DNA of 64,000 nucleotides, taken from Eledone cirrhosa (lineage: Eukaryota). Position numbers and translations under genes: made by a program. Positions within the stretch are counted from its first letter, which is position 1. Each line of letters starts with the position of its first letter. Shown here piece by piece: positions 40,001-55,000 of this stretch. The stretch spans positions 62,868,001 through 62,932,000 of the forward strand of contig OZ024742.1 in NCBI GenBank assembly GCA_964016885.1, in the 5' to 3' direction. A model generated the notes under the pieces. It made no database searches. It saw only the letters and a program-made list of their open reading frames with translations, and was not told the DNA's origin.

Positions 40001-43000
40001 AACTTCTTACTACCTGTCTCTCTGTCAGTCTGACTTCTCTTAACTTCTTACTACCTGTCTCTCTGTCAGTCTGTCTTCTCTTAACTTCTTAGTATCTGTC
40101 TCTCTGTCAGTCTGTCATCTCTTAACTTCTTACTACATGTCTCTCTGTCAGTCTGTCATCTCTTAACTTCTTACTATCTGTCTCTCTGTCAGTCTGTCTT
40201 CTCTTAACTTCTTACTACCTGCCTCTCTGTCAGTCTGTCATCTCTTAACTTCTTACTATCTGTCTCTCTGTCAGTCTGTCTTCTCTTAACTTCTTACTAC
40301 CTGTCTCTCTGTCAGTCTGTCTTCTCTTAACTTCTTACTACCTGTCTTTCTGTCAGTCTGTCATCTCTTAACTTCTTAGTATCTGTCTCTCTGTCAGTCT
40401 GTCATCTCTTAACTTCTTACTACCTGTCTCTCTGTCAGTCTGACTTCTCTTAACTTCTTACTATCTGCCTCTCTGTCAGTCTGTTTTCTCTTAACTGCTT
40501 ACTACCTGTTTCTCTGTCAGTATGTCATCTCTTAACTTCTTACTACCTGCCTCTCTGTCAGTCTGTCATCTCTTAACTTCTTACTACCTGTCTCTCTGTC
40601 AGTCTGTCTTCTCTTAACTTCTTAATACCTGTCTCTCTGTCAGTCTGTCATCTCTTAACTTCTTAGTATCTGTCTCTCTGTCAGTCTGTCATCTCTTAAC
40701 TTCTTACTACCTGTCTCTCTGTCAGTCTGTCTTCTCTTAACTTCTTACTACCTGTCTCTCTGTCAGCCTGTCTTCTCTTAACTTCTTACTACTTGTCTCT
40801 CTGTCAGTCTGTCATCTCTTAACTTCTTACTATCTGTCTCTCCATCAGTCTGTCATCGCTTAACTTCTTACTACCTGTCTCTCTGTCAGTCTGTCTTCTC
40901 TTAACTTCTTACTATCTGTCTCTCTGTCAGTCTGTATTCTCTTAACTTCTTAGTATGTGTCTCTCTGTCAGTCTGTCATCTCTTAACTTCTTACTACCTG
41001 TCTCTCTGTCAGCCTGTCTTCTCTTAACTTCTTACTACCTGTCTATCTGTCAGTCTGTCATCTCTTAACTTCTTACTATCTGTCTCTCTATCAGTCTGTC
41101 TTCTCTTAACTTCTTACTACCTGTCTCTCTGTCAGTCTGCAATCTCTTAACTTCTTACAACCTGTTTCTCTGTCAGTCTGTCTTCCCTTAACTTCTTACT
41201 ACCTGTCTCTCTGTCAGTCTTTCATCTCTTAACTTCTTACTACCTGTCTCTCTGTCAGTCTGTCTTCTCTTAACTTCTTACTATCTGCCTCTCTGTCAGT
41301 CTGTTTTCTCTTAACTGCTTACTACCTGTTTCTCTGTCAGTATGTCATCTCTTAACTTCTTACTACCTGCCTCTCTGTCAGTCTGTCATCTCTTAACTTC
41401 TTACTATCTGTCTCTCTGTCAGTCTGTATTCTCTTAACTTCTTACTACATGTCTCTCTGTCAGTCTGTCAACTCTTAACTTCTTACTATCTGTCTCTCTG
41501 TCAGTCTGTCTTCTCTTAACTTCTTACTACCTGCCTCTCTGTCAGTCTGTCATCTCTTAACTTCTTACTATCTGTCTCTCTGTCAGTCTGTCTTCTCTTA
41601 ACTTCTTACTACCTGTCTCTCTGTCAGCCTGTCTTCTCTTAACTTCTTACTACCTGTCTCTCAGTCAGCCTGTCTTCTCTTAACTTCTTACTACCTGCCT
41701 CTCTGTCAGTCTGTCATCTCTTAACTTCTTACTATCTGTCTCTCTATCAGTCTGTCTTCTCTTAACTTCTTACTACCTGTCTCTCTGTCAGTCTGTCATC
41801 TCTTAACTTATTACAACCTGTCTCTCTCTTAGTCTGTCTTCCCTTAACTTCTTACTACCTGTCTCTCTGTCAGTCTGTCATCTCTTAACTTCTTAATACC
41901 TGTCTCTCTCTCAGTCTGTTTTCTCTTAACTGCTTACTACCTGTTTCTCTGTCAGTATGTCATCTCTTAACTTCTTACTACCTGCCTCTCTGTCAGTCTG
42001 TCATCTCTTAACTTCTTACTACCTGTCTCTCTGTCAGTCTGTCTTCTCTTAACTTCTTACTACCTGTCTCTCTGTCAGTCTGTCTTCTCTTAACTTTTTA
42101 CTACCTGTCTCTCTGTCAGTCTGTCATCTCTTAACTTCTTACTACCTGTCTCTCTGTCAGTCTATCTTCTCTTAACTTCTTACTACCTGTCTCTCTGTCA
42201 TTCTGTCATCTCTTAACTTCTTACTATCTGTCTCTCTATCAGTCTGTCTTCTCTTAACTTCTTACTACCTGTCTCTCTGTCAGTCTGTCATCTCTAAACT
42301 TCTTACAACCTGTCTCTCTGTCAGTCTGTCTTTCCTTAACTTCTTACTACCTGTCTCTCTGTCAGTCTGTCATCTCTTAACTTCTTACTACCTGTCTCTC
42401 TGTCAGTCTGTTTTCTGTTAACTGCTTACTACCTGTTCATCTGTCAGTATGTCATCTCTTAACTTCTTACTACCTGCCTCTCTGTCAGTCTGTCATCTCT
42501 TAACTTCTTACTACCTGTCTCTCTGTCAGTCTGTCATCTCTTAACTTCTTACTACCTGTCTCTCGGACAGTCTTTCATCTCTTAACTTCTTACTACCTGT
42601 CTCTGTGTCAATCTGTCTTCTCTTAACTTCTTGCTACATGTCTCTCTGTCAATCTGTCTTCTCTTAACTTCTTACTACCTGTCTCCCTGTCAGTCTGTCT
42701 TCTCTTAACTTCTTACTACATGTCTCTCTGTCAGTCTGTCTTCTCTTAACTTCTTACTACCTGTCTCTCTGTCAGTCTGTCTTCTCTTAACTTCTTACTA
42801 CCTGTCTCTCTGTCAGTCTGTCGTCTCTTAACTTCTTACTACCTGTCTCTCTGTCAGTCTGTCATCTCTTAACTACTTACTATCTGTCTCTCTGTCAGTC
42901 TGTCTTCTCTTAACTTCTTACTACCTGCTTCACTGTCAGTCTGTCATCTCTTAACTTCTTACTATCTCCCTCTCTGTCAGTCTGTCATCTCTTAACTACT

Positions 43001-46000
43001 TACTATCTGTCTCTCTGTCAGTCTGTCTTCTCTTACCTTCTTACTACCTGTCTCTCTGTCAGTCTGTCTTCTCTTAACTTCTTACTACCTGCTTCTCTGT
43101 CAGTCTGTCATCTCTTAACTTCTTACTATCTCCCTCTCTGTCAGTCTGTCATCTCTTAACTATTTACTATCTGTCTCTCTGTCAGTCTGTCGTCTCTTAA
43201 CTTCTTACTACCTGTCTCTCTGTCAGTCTGTCATCTCTTAACTACTTACTATCTGCCTCTCTGTCAGTCTGTTTTCTCTTAACTGCTTACTACCTGTTTC
43301 TCTGTCAGTATGTCATCTCTTAACTTCTTACTACCTGCCTCTCTGTCAGTCTGTCTTCTCTTAACATCTTACTATCTGTCTCTCTGTCAGTCTGTCTTCT
43401 CTTAACTTCTTACTACTTGTCTCTCTGTCAGTCTGTCATCTCTTAACTTCTTAGTATCTGTCTCTCTGTCAGTCTGTCATCTCTTAACTTCTTACTACCT
43501 GTCTCTCTGTCAGTCTGTCATCTCTTAACTTCTTACTACCTGTCTCTCTGTCAGTCTGTCATCTCTTAACCTCTTACTATCTGTCTCTCTATCAGTCTGT
43601 CTTCTCTTAACTTCTTACTACCTGTCTCTCTGTCAGTCTGTCATCTCTAAACTTCTTACAACCTGTCTCTCTGTCAGTCTGTCTTTCCTTAACTTCTTAC
43701 TACCTGTCTCACTGTCAGTCTGTCACCTCTTAACTTCTTACTACCTGTCTCTCTGTCAGTCTGTTTTCTGTTAACTGCTTACTACCTGTTTATCTGTCAG
43801 TATGTCATCTCTTAACTTCTTACTACCTGCCTCTCTGTCAGTCTGTCATCTCTTAACTTCTTACTATCTGTCTCTCTGTCAGTCTGTCTTCTCTTAACTT
43901 CTTAGTATCTGTCTCTCTGTCAGTCTGTCATCTCTTAACTTCTTACTACCTGTCTCTCTGTCAGCCTGTCTTCTCTTAACTTCTTACTACCTGCCTCTCT
44001 GTCAGTCTGTCATCTCTTAACTTCTTACTATCTGTCTCTCTATCAGTCTGTCTTCTCTTAACTTCTTACTACCTGTCTCTCTGTCAGTCTGTCATCTCTT
44101 AACTTATTACAACCTGTCTCTCTCTTAGTCTGTCTTCCCTTAACTTCTTACTACCTGTCTCTCTGTCAGTCTGTCATCTCTTAACTTCTTACTACCTGTC
44201 TCTCTCTCAGTCTGTTTTCTCTAAACTGCTTACTACCTGTTTCTCTGTCAGTATGTCATCTCTTAACTTCTTACTACCTGCCTCTCTGTCAGTCTGTCAT
44301 CTCTTAACTTCTTACTACCTGTCTCTCTGTCAGTCTGTCTTCTCTTAACTTTTTACTACCTGTCTCTCTGTCAGTCTGTCATCTCTTAACTTCTTACTAC
44401 CTGTCTCTCTGTCAGTCTGTCTTCTCTTAACTTCTTACTACCTGTCTCTCTGTCAGTCTGTCATCTCTTAACTTCTTACTATCTGTCTCTCTATCAGTCT
44501 GTCTTCTCTTAACTTCTTACTACCTGTCTCTCTGTCAGTCTGTCATCTCTAAACTTCTTACAACCTGTCTCTCTGTCAGTCTGTCTTTCCTTAACTTCTT
44601 ACTACCTGTCTCTCTGTCAGTCTGTCATCTCTTAACTTCTTACTACCTGTCTCTCTGTCAGTCTGTTTTCTGTTAACTGGTTACTACCTGTTCATCTGTC
44701 AGTATGTCATCTCTTAACTTCTTACTACCTGCCTCTCTGTCAGTCTGTCATCTCTTAACTTCTTACTACCTGTCTCTCTGTCAGTCTGTCATCTCTTAAC
44801 TTATTACAACCTGTCTCTCTCTTAGTCTGTCTTCCCTTAACTTCTTACTACCTGTCTCTCTGTCAGTCTGTCATCTCTTAACTTCTTAATACCTGTCTCT
44901 CTCTCAGTCTGTTTTCTCTTAACTGCTTACTACCTGTTTCTCTGTCAGTATGTCATCTCTTAACTTCTTACTACCTGCCTCTCTGTCAGTCTGTCATCTC
45001 TTAACTTCTTACTACCTGTCTCTCTGTCAGTCTGTCTTCTCTTAACTTCTTACTACCTGTCTCTCTGTCAGTCTGTCTTCTCTTAACTTTTTACTACCTG
45101 TCTCTCTGTCAGTCTGTCATCTCTTAACTTCTTACTACCTGTCTCTCTGTCAGTCTATCTTCTCTTAACTTCTTACTACCTGTCTCTCTGTCATTCTGTC
45201 ATCTCTTAACTTCTTACTACCTGTCTCTCTGTCAGTCTGTCATCTCTAAACTTCTTACAACCTGTCTCTCTGTCAGTCTGTCTTTCCTTAACTTCTTACT
45301 ACCTGTCTCTCTGTCAGTCTGTCATCTCTTAACTTCTTACTACCTGTCTCTCTGTCAGTCTGTTTTCTGTTAACTGCTTACTACCTGTTCATCTGTCAGT
45401 ATGTCATCTCTTAACTTCTTACTACCTGCCTCTCTGTCAGTCTGTCATCTCTTAACTTCTTACTACCTGTCTCTCTGTCAGTCTGTCATCTCTTAACTTC
45501 TTACTACCTGTCTCTCGGACAGTCTTTCATCTCTTAACTTCTTACTACCTGTCTCTGTGTCAATCTGTCTTCTCTTAACTTCTTGCTACATGTCTCTCTG
45601 TCAATCTGTCTTCTCTTAACTTCTTACTACCTGTCTCCCTGTCAGTCTGTCTTCTCTTAACTTCTTACTACATGTCTCTCTGTCAGTCTGTCTTCTCTTA
45701 ACTTCTTACTACCTGTCTCTCTGTCAGTCTGTCTTCTCTTAACTTCTTACTACCTGTCTCTCTGTCAGTCTGTCGTCTCTTAACTTCTTACTACCTGTCT
45801 CTCTGTCAGTCTGTCATCTCTTAACTACTTACTATCTGTCTCTCTGTCAGTCTGTCTTCTCTTAACTTCTTACTACCTGCTTCACTGTCAGTCTGTCATC
45901 TCTTAACTTCTTACTATCTCCCTCTCTGTCAGTCTGTCATCTCTTAACTACTTACTATCTGTCTCTCTGTCAGTCTGTCTTCTCTTACCTTCTTACTACC

Positions 46001-49000
46001 TGTCTCTCTGTCAGTCTGTCTTCTCTTAACTTCTTACTACCTGCTTCTCTGTCAGTCTGTCATCTCTTAACTTCTTACTATCTCCCTCTCTGTCAGTCTG
46101 TCATCTCTTAACTATTTACTATCTGTCTCTCTGTCAGTCTGTCGTCTCTTAACTTCTTACTACCTGTCTCTCTGTCAGTCTGTCATCTCTTAACTACTTA
46201 CTATCTGCCTCTCTGTCAGTCTGTTTTCTCTTAACTGCTTACTACCTGTTTCTCTGTCAGTATGTCATCTCTTAACTTCTTACTACCTGCCTCTCTGTCA
46301 GTCTGTCTTCTCTTAACATCTTACTATCTGTCTCTCTGTCAGTCTGTCTTCTCTTAACTTCTTACTACTTGTCTCTCTGTCAGTCTGTCATCTCTTAACT
46401 TCTTAGTATCTGTCTCTCTGTCAGTCTGTCATCTCTTAACTTCTTACTACCTGTCTCTCTGTCAGTCTGTCATCTCTTAACTTCTTACTACCTGTCTCTC
46501 TGTCAGTCTGTCATCTCTTAACCTCTTACTATCTGTCTCTCTATCAGTCTGTCTTCTCTTAACTTCTTACTACCTGTCCCTCTGTCAGTCTGTCATCTCT
46601 AAACTTCTTACAACCTGTCTCTCTGTCAGTCTGTCTTTCCTTAACTTCTTACTACCTGTCTCACTGTCAGTCTGTCATCTCTTAACTTCTTACTACCTGT
46701 CTCTCTGTCAGTCTGTTTTCTGTTAACTGCTTACTACCTGTTTATCTGTCAGTATGTCATCTCTTAACTTCTTACTACCTGCCTCTCTGTCAGTCTGTCA
46801 TCTCTTAACTTCTTACTATCTGTCTCTCTGTCAGTCTGTCTTCTCTTAACTTCTTAGTATCTGTCTCTCTGTCAGTCTGTCATCTCTTAACTTCTTACTA
46901 CCTGTCTCTCTGTCAGCCTGTCTTCTCTTAACTTCTTACTACCTGCCTCTCTGTCAGTCTGTCATCTCTTAACTTCTTACTATCTGTCTCTCTATCAGTC
47001 TGTCTTCTCTTAACTTCTTACTACCTGTCTCTCTGTCAGTCTGTCATCTCTTAACTTATTACAACCTGTCTCTCTCTTAGTCTGTCTTCCCTTAACTTCT
47101 TACTACCTGTCTCTCTGTCAGTCTGTCATCTCTTAACTTCTTACTACCTGTCTCTCTCTCAGTCTGTTTTCTCTAAACTGCTTACTACCTGTTTCTCTGT
47201 CAGTATGTCATCTCTTAACTTCTTACTACCTGCCTCTCTGTCAGTCTGTCATCTCTTAACTTCTTACTACCTGTCTCTCTGTCAGTCTGTCTTCTCTTAA
47301 CTTTTTACTACCTGTCTCTCTGTCAGTCTGTCATCTCTTAACTTCTTACTACCTGTCTCTCTGTCAGTCTGTCTTCTCTTAACTTCTTACTACCTGTCTC
47401 TCTGTCAGTCTGTCATCTCTTAACTTCTTACTATCTGTCTCTCTATCAGTCTGTCTTCTCTTAACTTCTTACTACCTGTCTCTCTGTCAGTCTGTCATCT
47501 CTAAACTTCTTACAACCTGTCTCTCTGTCAGTCTGTCTTTCCTTAACTTCTTACTACCTGTCTCTCTGTCAGTCTGTCATCTCTTAACTTCTTACTACCT
47601 GTCTCTCTGTCAGTCTGTTTTCTGTTAACTGGTTACTACCTGTTCATCTGTCAGTATGTCATCTCTTAACTTCTTACTACCTGCCTCTCTGTCAGTCTGT
47701 CATCTCTTAACTTCTTACTACCTGTCTCTCTGTCAGTCTGTCATCTCTTAACTTCTTACTACCTGTCTCTCGGACAGTCTTTCATCTCTTAACTTCTTAC
47801 TACCTGTCTCTGTGTCAGTCTGTCTTCTCTTAACTTCTTGCTACATGTCTCTCTGTCAATCTGTCTTCTCTTAACTTCTTACTACCTGTCTCCCTGTCAG
47901 TCTGTCTTCTCTTAACTTCTTACTACATGTCTCTCTGTCAGTCTGTCTTCTCTTAACTTCTTACTACCTGTCTCTCTGTCAGTCTGTCTTCTCTTAACTT
48001 CTTACTACCTGTCTCTCTGTCAGTCTGTCGTCTCTTAACTTCTTACTACCTGTCTCTCTGTCAGTCTGTCATCTCTTAACTACTTACTATCTGTCTCTCT
48101 GTCAGTCTGTCTTCTCTTGACTTCTTACTACCTGCTTCTCTGTCAGTCTGTCATCTCTTAACTTCTTACTATCTCCCTCTCTGTCAGTCTGTCATCTCTT
48201 AACTACTTACTATCTGTCTCTCTGTCAGTCTGTCTTCTCTTACCTTCTTACTACCTGTCTCTCTGTCAGTCTGTCATCTCTTAACTTCTTACTACCTGTC
48301 TCTCTGTCAGTCTGTCATCTCTTAACTTCTTACTACAGGTCTCTCTGTCAGTCTGTCTTCTCTTAACTTCTTACTACCTGTTTCTCTGTCAGTCTGTCAT
48401 CTCTTAACTTCTTACTACCTGTCTCTCTGTCAGTCTGTCATCTCTTAACTTCTTACTACCTGTCTATCTGTCAGTCTGTCATCTCTTAACTTCTTACTAC
48501 CTGTCTCTCTGTCAATCTGTCTTCTCTTAACTTTTTACTACCTGTCTCTCTGTCAATCTGTCTTCTCTTAACTTCTTACTATCTGTCTCTCTGTTAGTCT
48601 GTCTTCTCTTAACTTCTTACTACCTGCTTCTCTGTCAGTCTGTCATCTCTTAACTTCTTACTACCTGTCTCTCTGTCAATCTGTCTTCTCTTAACTTCTT
48701 ACTACCTGTCTCTCTGTCATTCTGTCTTCTCTTAACTTCTTACTACCTGTCTCTCTGTCAGTCTGTCTTCACTTAACTTCTTACTACCTGTCTCTCTGAC
48801 AGTCTGTCATCTCTTAACTTCTTACTACCTGTCTCTCTGTCAGTCTGTCATCTCTTAACTTCTTACGACCTGTCTCTCTGTCAGTCTGTGTTCTCTTAAC
48901 TCCTTACTACCTGCCTCTCTGTCAGTCTTTCATCTCTTAACTTCTTACTACCTGTCTCTCTGTCATTCTGTCTTCTCTAAACTTCTTACTACATGTCACT

Positions 49001-52000
49001 CTGTCAGTCTGTCTTCTCTTAACTTCTTACTACCTGTCTCTCGGTCAGTCTTTCATCTCTTAACTTCTTACTACCTGTCTCTCTGTCAGTCTGTCTTCAC
49101 TTAACTTCTTACTACCTGTCTCTCTGTCAGTCTGTCTTCTATTAACTTCTTACTACCTGTCTCTCTGTCAGTCTGTCTTCTCTTAACTTCTTACTACCTG
49201 TCTCTCTGACAGTCTGTCATCTCTTAACTTCTTACTACCTGTCTCTCTGTCAGTCTGTCATCTCTTAACTTCTTACTACCTGTCTCTCTGTCAGTCTGTC
49301 ATCTCTTAACTTCTTACTACCTGTCTCTCTGTCAGTCTGTCTTCTCTTAACTTCTTACTACATGTCTCTCTGTCAGTCTGTCTTCTCTTAACTTCTTACT
49401 ACCTGTCTCTCTGTCAGTCTGTCTTCTCTTAACTTCTTACTACCTGTCTCTCTGTCAGTCTGTCATCTCTTAACTACTTACTATCTGTCTCTCTGTCAGT
49501 CTGTGTTCTCTTAACTCCTTACTACCTGCCTCTCTGTCAGTCTGTAAACTCTTAACTTCTTACTACCTGTCTCTCTGTCAGTCTGTCTTCTCTTAACTTC
49601 TTACTACCTGTCTCTCTGTCAGTCTGTTTTCTCTTAACTTCTTACTACCTGTCTCTCTGACAGTCTGTCATCTCTTAACTTCTTACTACATGTCTCTCTG
49701 TCAGTCTGTCATCTCTTTACTTCTTACTACCTGTCTCTCTGTCAGTCTGTGTTCTCTTAACTCCTTACTACCTGCCTCTCTGTCAGTCTTTCATCTCTTA
49801 ACTTCTTACTACCTGTCTCTCTGTCAGTCTGTCTTCTCTTAACTTCTTACTACCTGTCTCTCTGTCAGTCTGTTTTCTCTTAACTTCTTACTACCTGTCT
49901 CTCTGACAGTCTGTCATCTCTTAACTTCTTAGTAACTGTCTCTCTGTCAGTCTGTCATCTCTTAACTTCTTACTATCTGTCTCTCGGACAGTCTTTCATC
50001 TCTTAACTTCTTACAACCTGTCTCTGTGTCAGTCTGTCTTCTCTTAACTTCTTGCTACATGTCTCTCTGTCAATCTGTCTTCTCTTAACTTCTTACTACC
50101 TGTCTCCCTGTCAGTCTGTCTTCTCTTAACTTCTTACTACATGTCTCTCTGTCAGTCTGTCTTCTCTTAACTTCTTACTACCTGTCTCTCTGTCAGTCTG
50201 TCTTCTCTTAACTTCTTACTACCTGTCTCTCTGTCAGTCTGTCGTCTCTTAACTTCTTACTACCTGTCTCTCTGTCAGTCTGTCATCTCTTAACTACTTA
50301 CTATCTGTCTCTCTGTCAGTCTGTCTTCTCTTAACTTCTTACTACCTGCTTCTCTGTCAGTCTGTCATCTCTTAACTTCTTACTATCTCCCTCTCTGTCA
50401 GTCTGTCATCTCTTAACTACTTACTATCTGTCTCTCTGTCAGTCTGTCTTCTCTTACCTTCTTACTACCTGTCTCTCTGTCAGTCTGTCATCTCTTAACT
50501 TCTTACTACAGGTCTCTCTGTCAGTCTGTCTTCTCTTAACTTCTTACTACCTGTCTCTCTGTCAGTCTGTCATCTCTTAACTTCTTACTACCTGTCTCTC
50601 TGTCAGTCTGTCTTCTCTTAACTTCTTACTACCTGTCTCTCTGTCAGTCTGTCATCTCTTAACTTCTTACTACCTGTCTCTCTGTCAATCTGTCTTCTCT
50701 TAACTTTTTACTACCTGTCTCTCTGTCAATCTGTCTTCTCTTAACTTCTTACTATCTGTCTCTCTGTTAGTCTGTCTTCTCTTAACTTCTTACTACCCGC
50801 TTCTCTGTCAGTCTGTCATCTCTTAACTTCTTACTACCTGTCTCTCTGTCAATCTGTCTTCTCTTAACTTCTTACTACATGTCTCTCTGTCATTCTGTCT
50901 TCTCTTAACTTCTTACTACCTGTCTCTCTGTCAGTCTGTCTTCACTTAACTTCTTACTACCTGTCTCTCTGACAGTCTGTCATCTCTTAACTTCTTACTA
51001 CCTGTCTCTCTGTCAGTCTGTCATCTCTTAACTTCTTACGACCTGTCTCTCTGTCAGTCTGTGTTCTCTTAACTCCTTACTACCTGCCTCTCTGTCAGTC
51101 TTTCATCTCTTAACTTCTTACTACCTGTCTCTCTGTCAGTCTGTCTTCTCTAAACTTCTTACTACATGTCACTCTGTCAGTCTGTCTTCTCTTAACTTCT
51201 TACTACCTGTCTCTCGGTCAGTCTTTCATCTCTTAACTTATTACTACCTGTCTCTCTGTCAGTCTGTCTTCACTTAACTTCTTACTACCTGTCTCTCTGT
51301 CAGTCTGTCTTCTATTAACTTCTTACTACCTGTCTCTCTGTCAGTCTGTCTTCTCTTAACTTCTTACTACCTGTCTCTCTGACAGTCTGTCATCTCTTAA
51401 CTTCTTACTACCTGTCTCTCTGTCAGTCTGTCATCTCTTAACTTCTTACTACCTGTCTCTCTGTCAGTCTGTCATCTCTTAACTTCTTACTACCTGTCTC
51501 TCTGTCAGTCTGTCTTCTCTTAACTTCTTACTACATGTCTCTCTGTCAGTCTGTCTTCTCTTAACTTCTTACTACCTGTCTCTCTGTCAGTCTGTCTTCT
51601 CTTAACTTCTTACTACCTGTCTCTCTGTCAGTCTGTCATCTCTTAACTACTTACTATCTGTCTCTCTGTCAGTCTGTGTTCTCTTAACTCCTTACTACCT
51701 GCCTCTCTGTCAGTCTGTCAACTCTTAACTTCTTACTACCTGTCTCTCTGTCAGTCTGTCTTCTCTTAACTTCTTACTACCTGTCCCTCTGTCAGTCTGT
51801 TTTCTCTTAACTTCTTACTACCTGTCTCTCTGACAGTCTGTCATCTCTTAACTTCTTACTACATGTCTCTCTGTCAGTCTGTCATCTCTTTACTTCTTAC
51901 TACCTGTCTCTCTGTCAGTCTGTGTTCTCTTAACTCCTTACTACCTGCCTCTCTGTCAGTCTTTCATCTCTTAACTTCTTACTACCTGTCTCTCTGTCAG

Positions 52001-55000
52001 TCTGTCTTCTCTTAACTTCTTACTACCTGTCTCTCTGTCAGTCTGTTTTCTCTTAACTTCTTACTACCTGTCTCTCTGACAGTCTGTCATCTCTTAACTT
52101 CTTAGTAACTGTCTCTCTGTCAGTCTGTCATCTCTTAACTTCTTACTATCTGTCTCTCGGACAGTCTTTCATCTCTTAACTTCTTACTACCTGTCTCTGT
52201 GTCAGTCTGTCTTCTCTTAACTTCTTGCTACATGTCTCTCTGTCAATCTGTCTTCTCTTAACTTCTTACTACCTGTCTCCCTGTCAGTCTGTCTTCTCTT
52301 AACTTCTTACTACATGTCTCTCTGTCAGTCTGTCTTCTCTTAACTTCTTAGTATCTGTCTCTCTGTCAGTCTGTCATCTCTTAACTTCTTACTACCTGTC
52401 TCTCTGTCAGCCTGTCTTCTCTTAACTTCTTACTACCTGCCTCTCTGTCAGTCTGTCATCTCTTAACTTCTTACTATCTGTCTCTCTATCAGTCTGTCTT
52501 CTCTTAACTTCTTACTACCTGTCTCTCTGTCAGTCTGTCATCTCTTAACTTATTACAACCTGTCTCTCTCTTAGTCTGTCTTCCCTTAACTTCTTACTAC
52601 CTGTCTCTCTGTCAGTCTGTCATCTCTTAACTTCTTACTACCTGTCTCTCTCTCAGTCTGTTTTCTCTAAACTGCTTACTACCTGTTTCTCTGTCAGTAT
52701 GTCATCTCTTAACTTCTTACTACCTGCCTCTCTGTCAGTCTGTCATCTCTTAACTTCTTACTACCTGTCTCTCTGTCAGTCTGTCTTCTCTTAACTTTTT
52801 ACTACCTGTCTCTCTGTCAGTCTGTCATCTCTTAACTTCTTACTACCTGTCTCTCTGTCAGTCTGTCTTCTCTTAACTTCTTACTACCTGTCTCTCTGTC
52901 AGTCTGTCATCTCTTAACTTCTTACTATCTGTCTCTCTATCAGTCTGTCTTCTCTTAACTTCTTACTACCTGTCTCTCTGTCAGTCTGTCATCTCTAAAC
53001 TTCTTACAACCTGTCTCTCTGTCAGTCTGTCTTTCCTTAACTTCTTACTACCTGTCTCTCTGTCAGTCTGTCATCTCTTAACTTCTTACTACCTGTCTCT
53101 CTGTCAGTCTGTTTTCTGTTAACTGGTTACTACCTGTTCATCTGTCAGTATGTCATCTCTTAACTTCTTACTACCTGCCTCTCTGTCAGTCTGTCATCTC
53201 TTAACTTCTTACTACCTGTCTCTCTGTCAGTCTGTCATCTCTTAACTTCTTACTACCTGTCTCTCGGACAGTCTTTCATCTCTTAACTTCTTACTACCTG
53301 TCTCTGTGTCAGTCTGTCTTCTCTTAACTTCTTGCTACATGTCTCTCTGTCAATCTGTCTTCTCTTAACTTCTTACTACCTGTCTCCCTGTCAGTCTGTC
53401 TTCTCTTAACTTCTTACTACATGTCTCTCTGTCAGTCTGTCTTCTCTTAACTTCTTACTACCTGTCTCTCTGTCAGTCTGTCTTCTCTTAACTTCTTACT
53501 ACCTGTCTCTCTGTCAGTCTGTCGTCTCTTAACTTCTTACTACCTGTCTCTCTGTCAGTCTGTCATCTCTTAACTACTTACTATCTGTCTCTCTGTCAGT
53601 CTGTCTTCTCTTGACTTCTTACTACCTGCTTCTCTGTCAGTCTGTCATCTCTTAACTTCTTACTATCTCCCTCTCTGTCAGTCTGTCATCTCTTAACTAC
53701 TTACTATCTGTCTCTCTGTCAGTCTGTCTTCTCTTACCTTCTTACTACCTGTCTCTCTGTCAGTCTGTCATCTCTTAACTTCTTACTACCTGTCTCTCTG
53801 TCAGTCTGTCATCTCTTAACTTCTTACTACAGGTCTCTCTGTCAGTCTGTCTTCTCTTAACTTCTTACTACCTGTTTCTCTGTCAGTCTGTCATCTCTTA
53901 ACTTCTTACTACCTGTCTCTCTGTCAGTCTGTCATCTCTTAACTTCTTACTACCTGTCTATCTGTCAGTCTGTCATCTCTTAACTTCTTACTACCTGTCT
54001 CTCTGTCAATCTGTCTTCTCTTAACTTTTTACTACCTGTCTCTCTGTCAATCTGTCTTCTCTTAACTTCTTACTATCTGTCTCTCTGTTAGTCTGTCTTC
54101 TCTTAACTTCTTACTACCTGCTTCTCTGTCAGTCTGTCATCTCTTAACTTCTTACTACCTGTCTCTCTGTCAATCTGTCTTCTCTTAACTTCTTACTACC
54201 TGTCTCTCTGTCATTCTGTCTTCTCTTAACTTCTTACTACCTGTCTCTCTGTCAGTCTGTCTTCACTTAACTTCTTACTACCTGTCTCTCTGACAGTCTG
54301 TCATCTCTTAACTTCTTACTACCTGTCTCTCTGTCAGTCTGTCATCTCTTAACTTCTTACGACCTGTCTCTCTGTCAGTCTGTGTTCTCTTAACTCCTTA
54401 CTACCTGCCTCTCTGTCAGTCTTTCATCTCTTAACTTCTTACTACCTGTCTCTCTGTCATTCTGTCTTCCGTAAACTTCTTACTACATGTCACTCTGTCA
54501 GTCTGTCTTCTCTTAACTTCTTACTACCTGTCTCTCGGTCAGTCTTTCATCTCTTAACTTCTTACTACCTGTCTCTCTGTCAGTCTGTCTTCACTTAACT
54601 TCTTACTACCTGTCTCTCTGTCAGTCTGTCTTCTATTAACTTCTTACTACCTGTCTCTCTGTCAGTCTGTCTTCTCTTAACTTCTTACTACCTGTCTCTC
54701 TGACAGTCTGTCATCTCTTAACTTCTTACTACCTGTCTCTCTGTCAGTCTGTCATCTCTTAACTTCTTACTACCTGTCTCTCTGTCAGTCTGTCATCTCT
54801 TAACTTCTTACTACCTGTCTCTCTGTCAGTCTGTCTTCTCTTAACTTCTTACTACATGTCTCTCTGTCAGTCTGTCTTCTCTTAACTTCTTACTACCTGT
54901 CTCTCTGTCAGTCTGTCTTCTCTTAACTTCTTACTACCTGTCTCTCTGTCAGTCTGTCATCTCTTAACTACTTACTATCTGTCTCTCTGTCAGTCTGTGT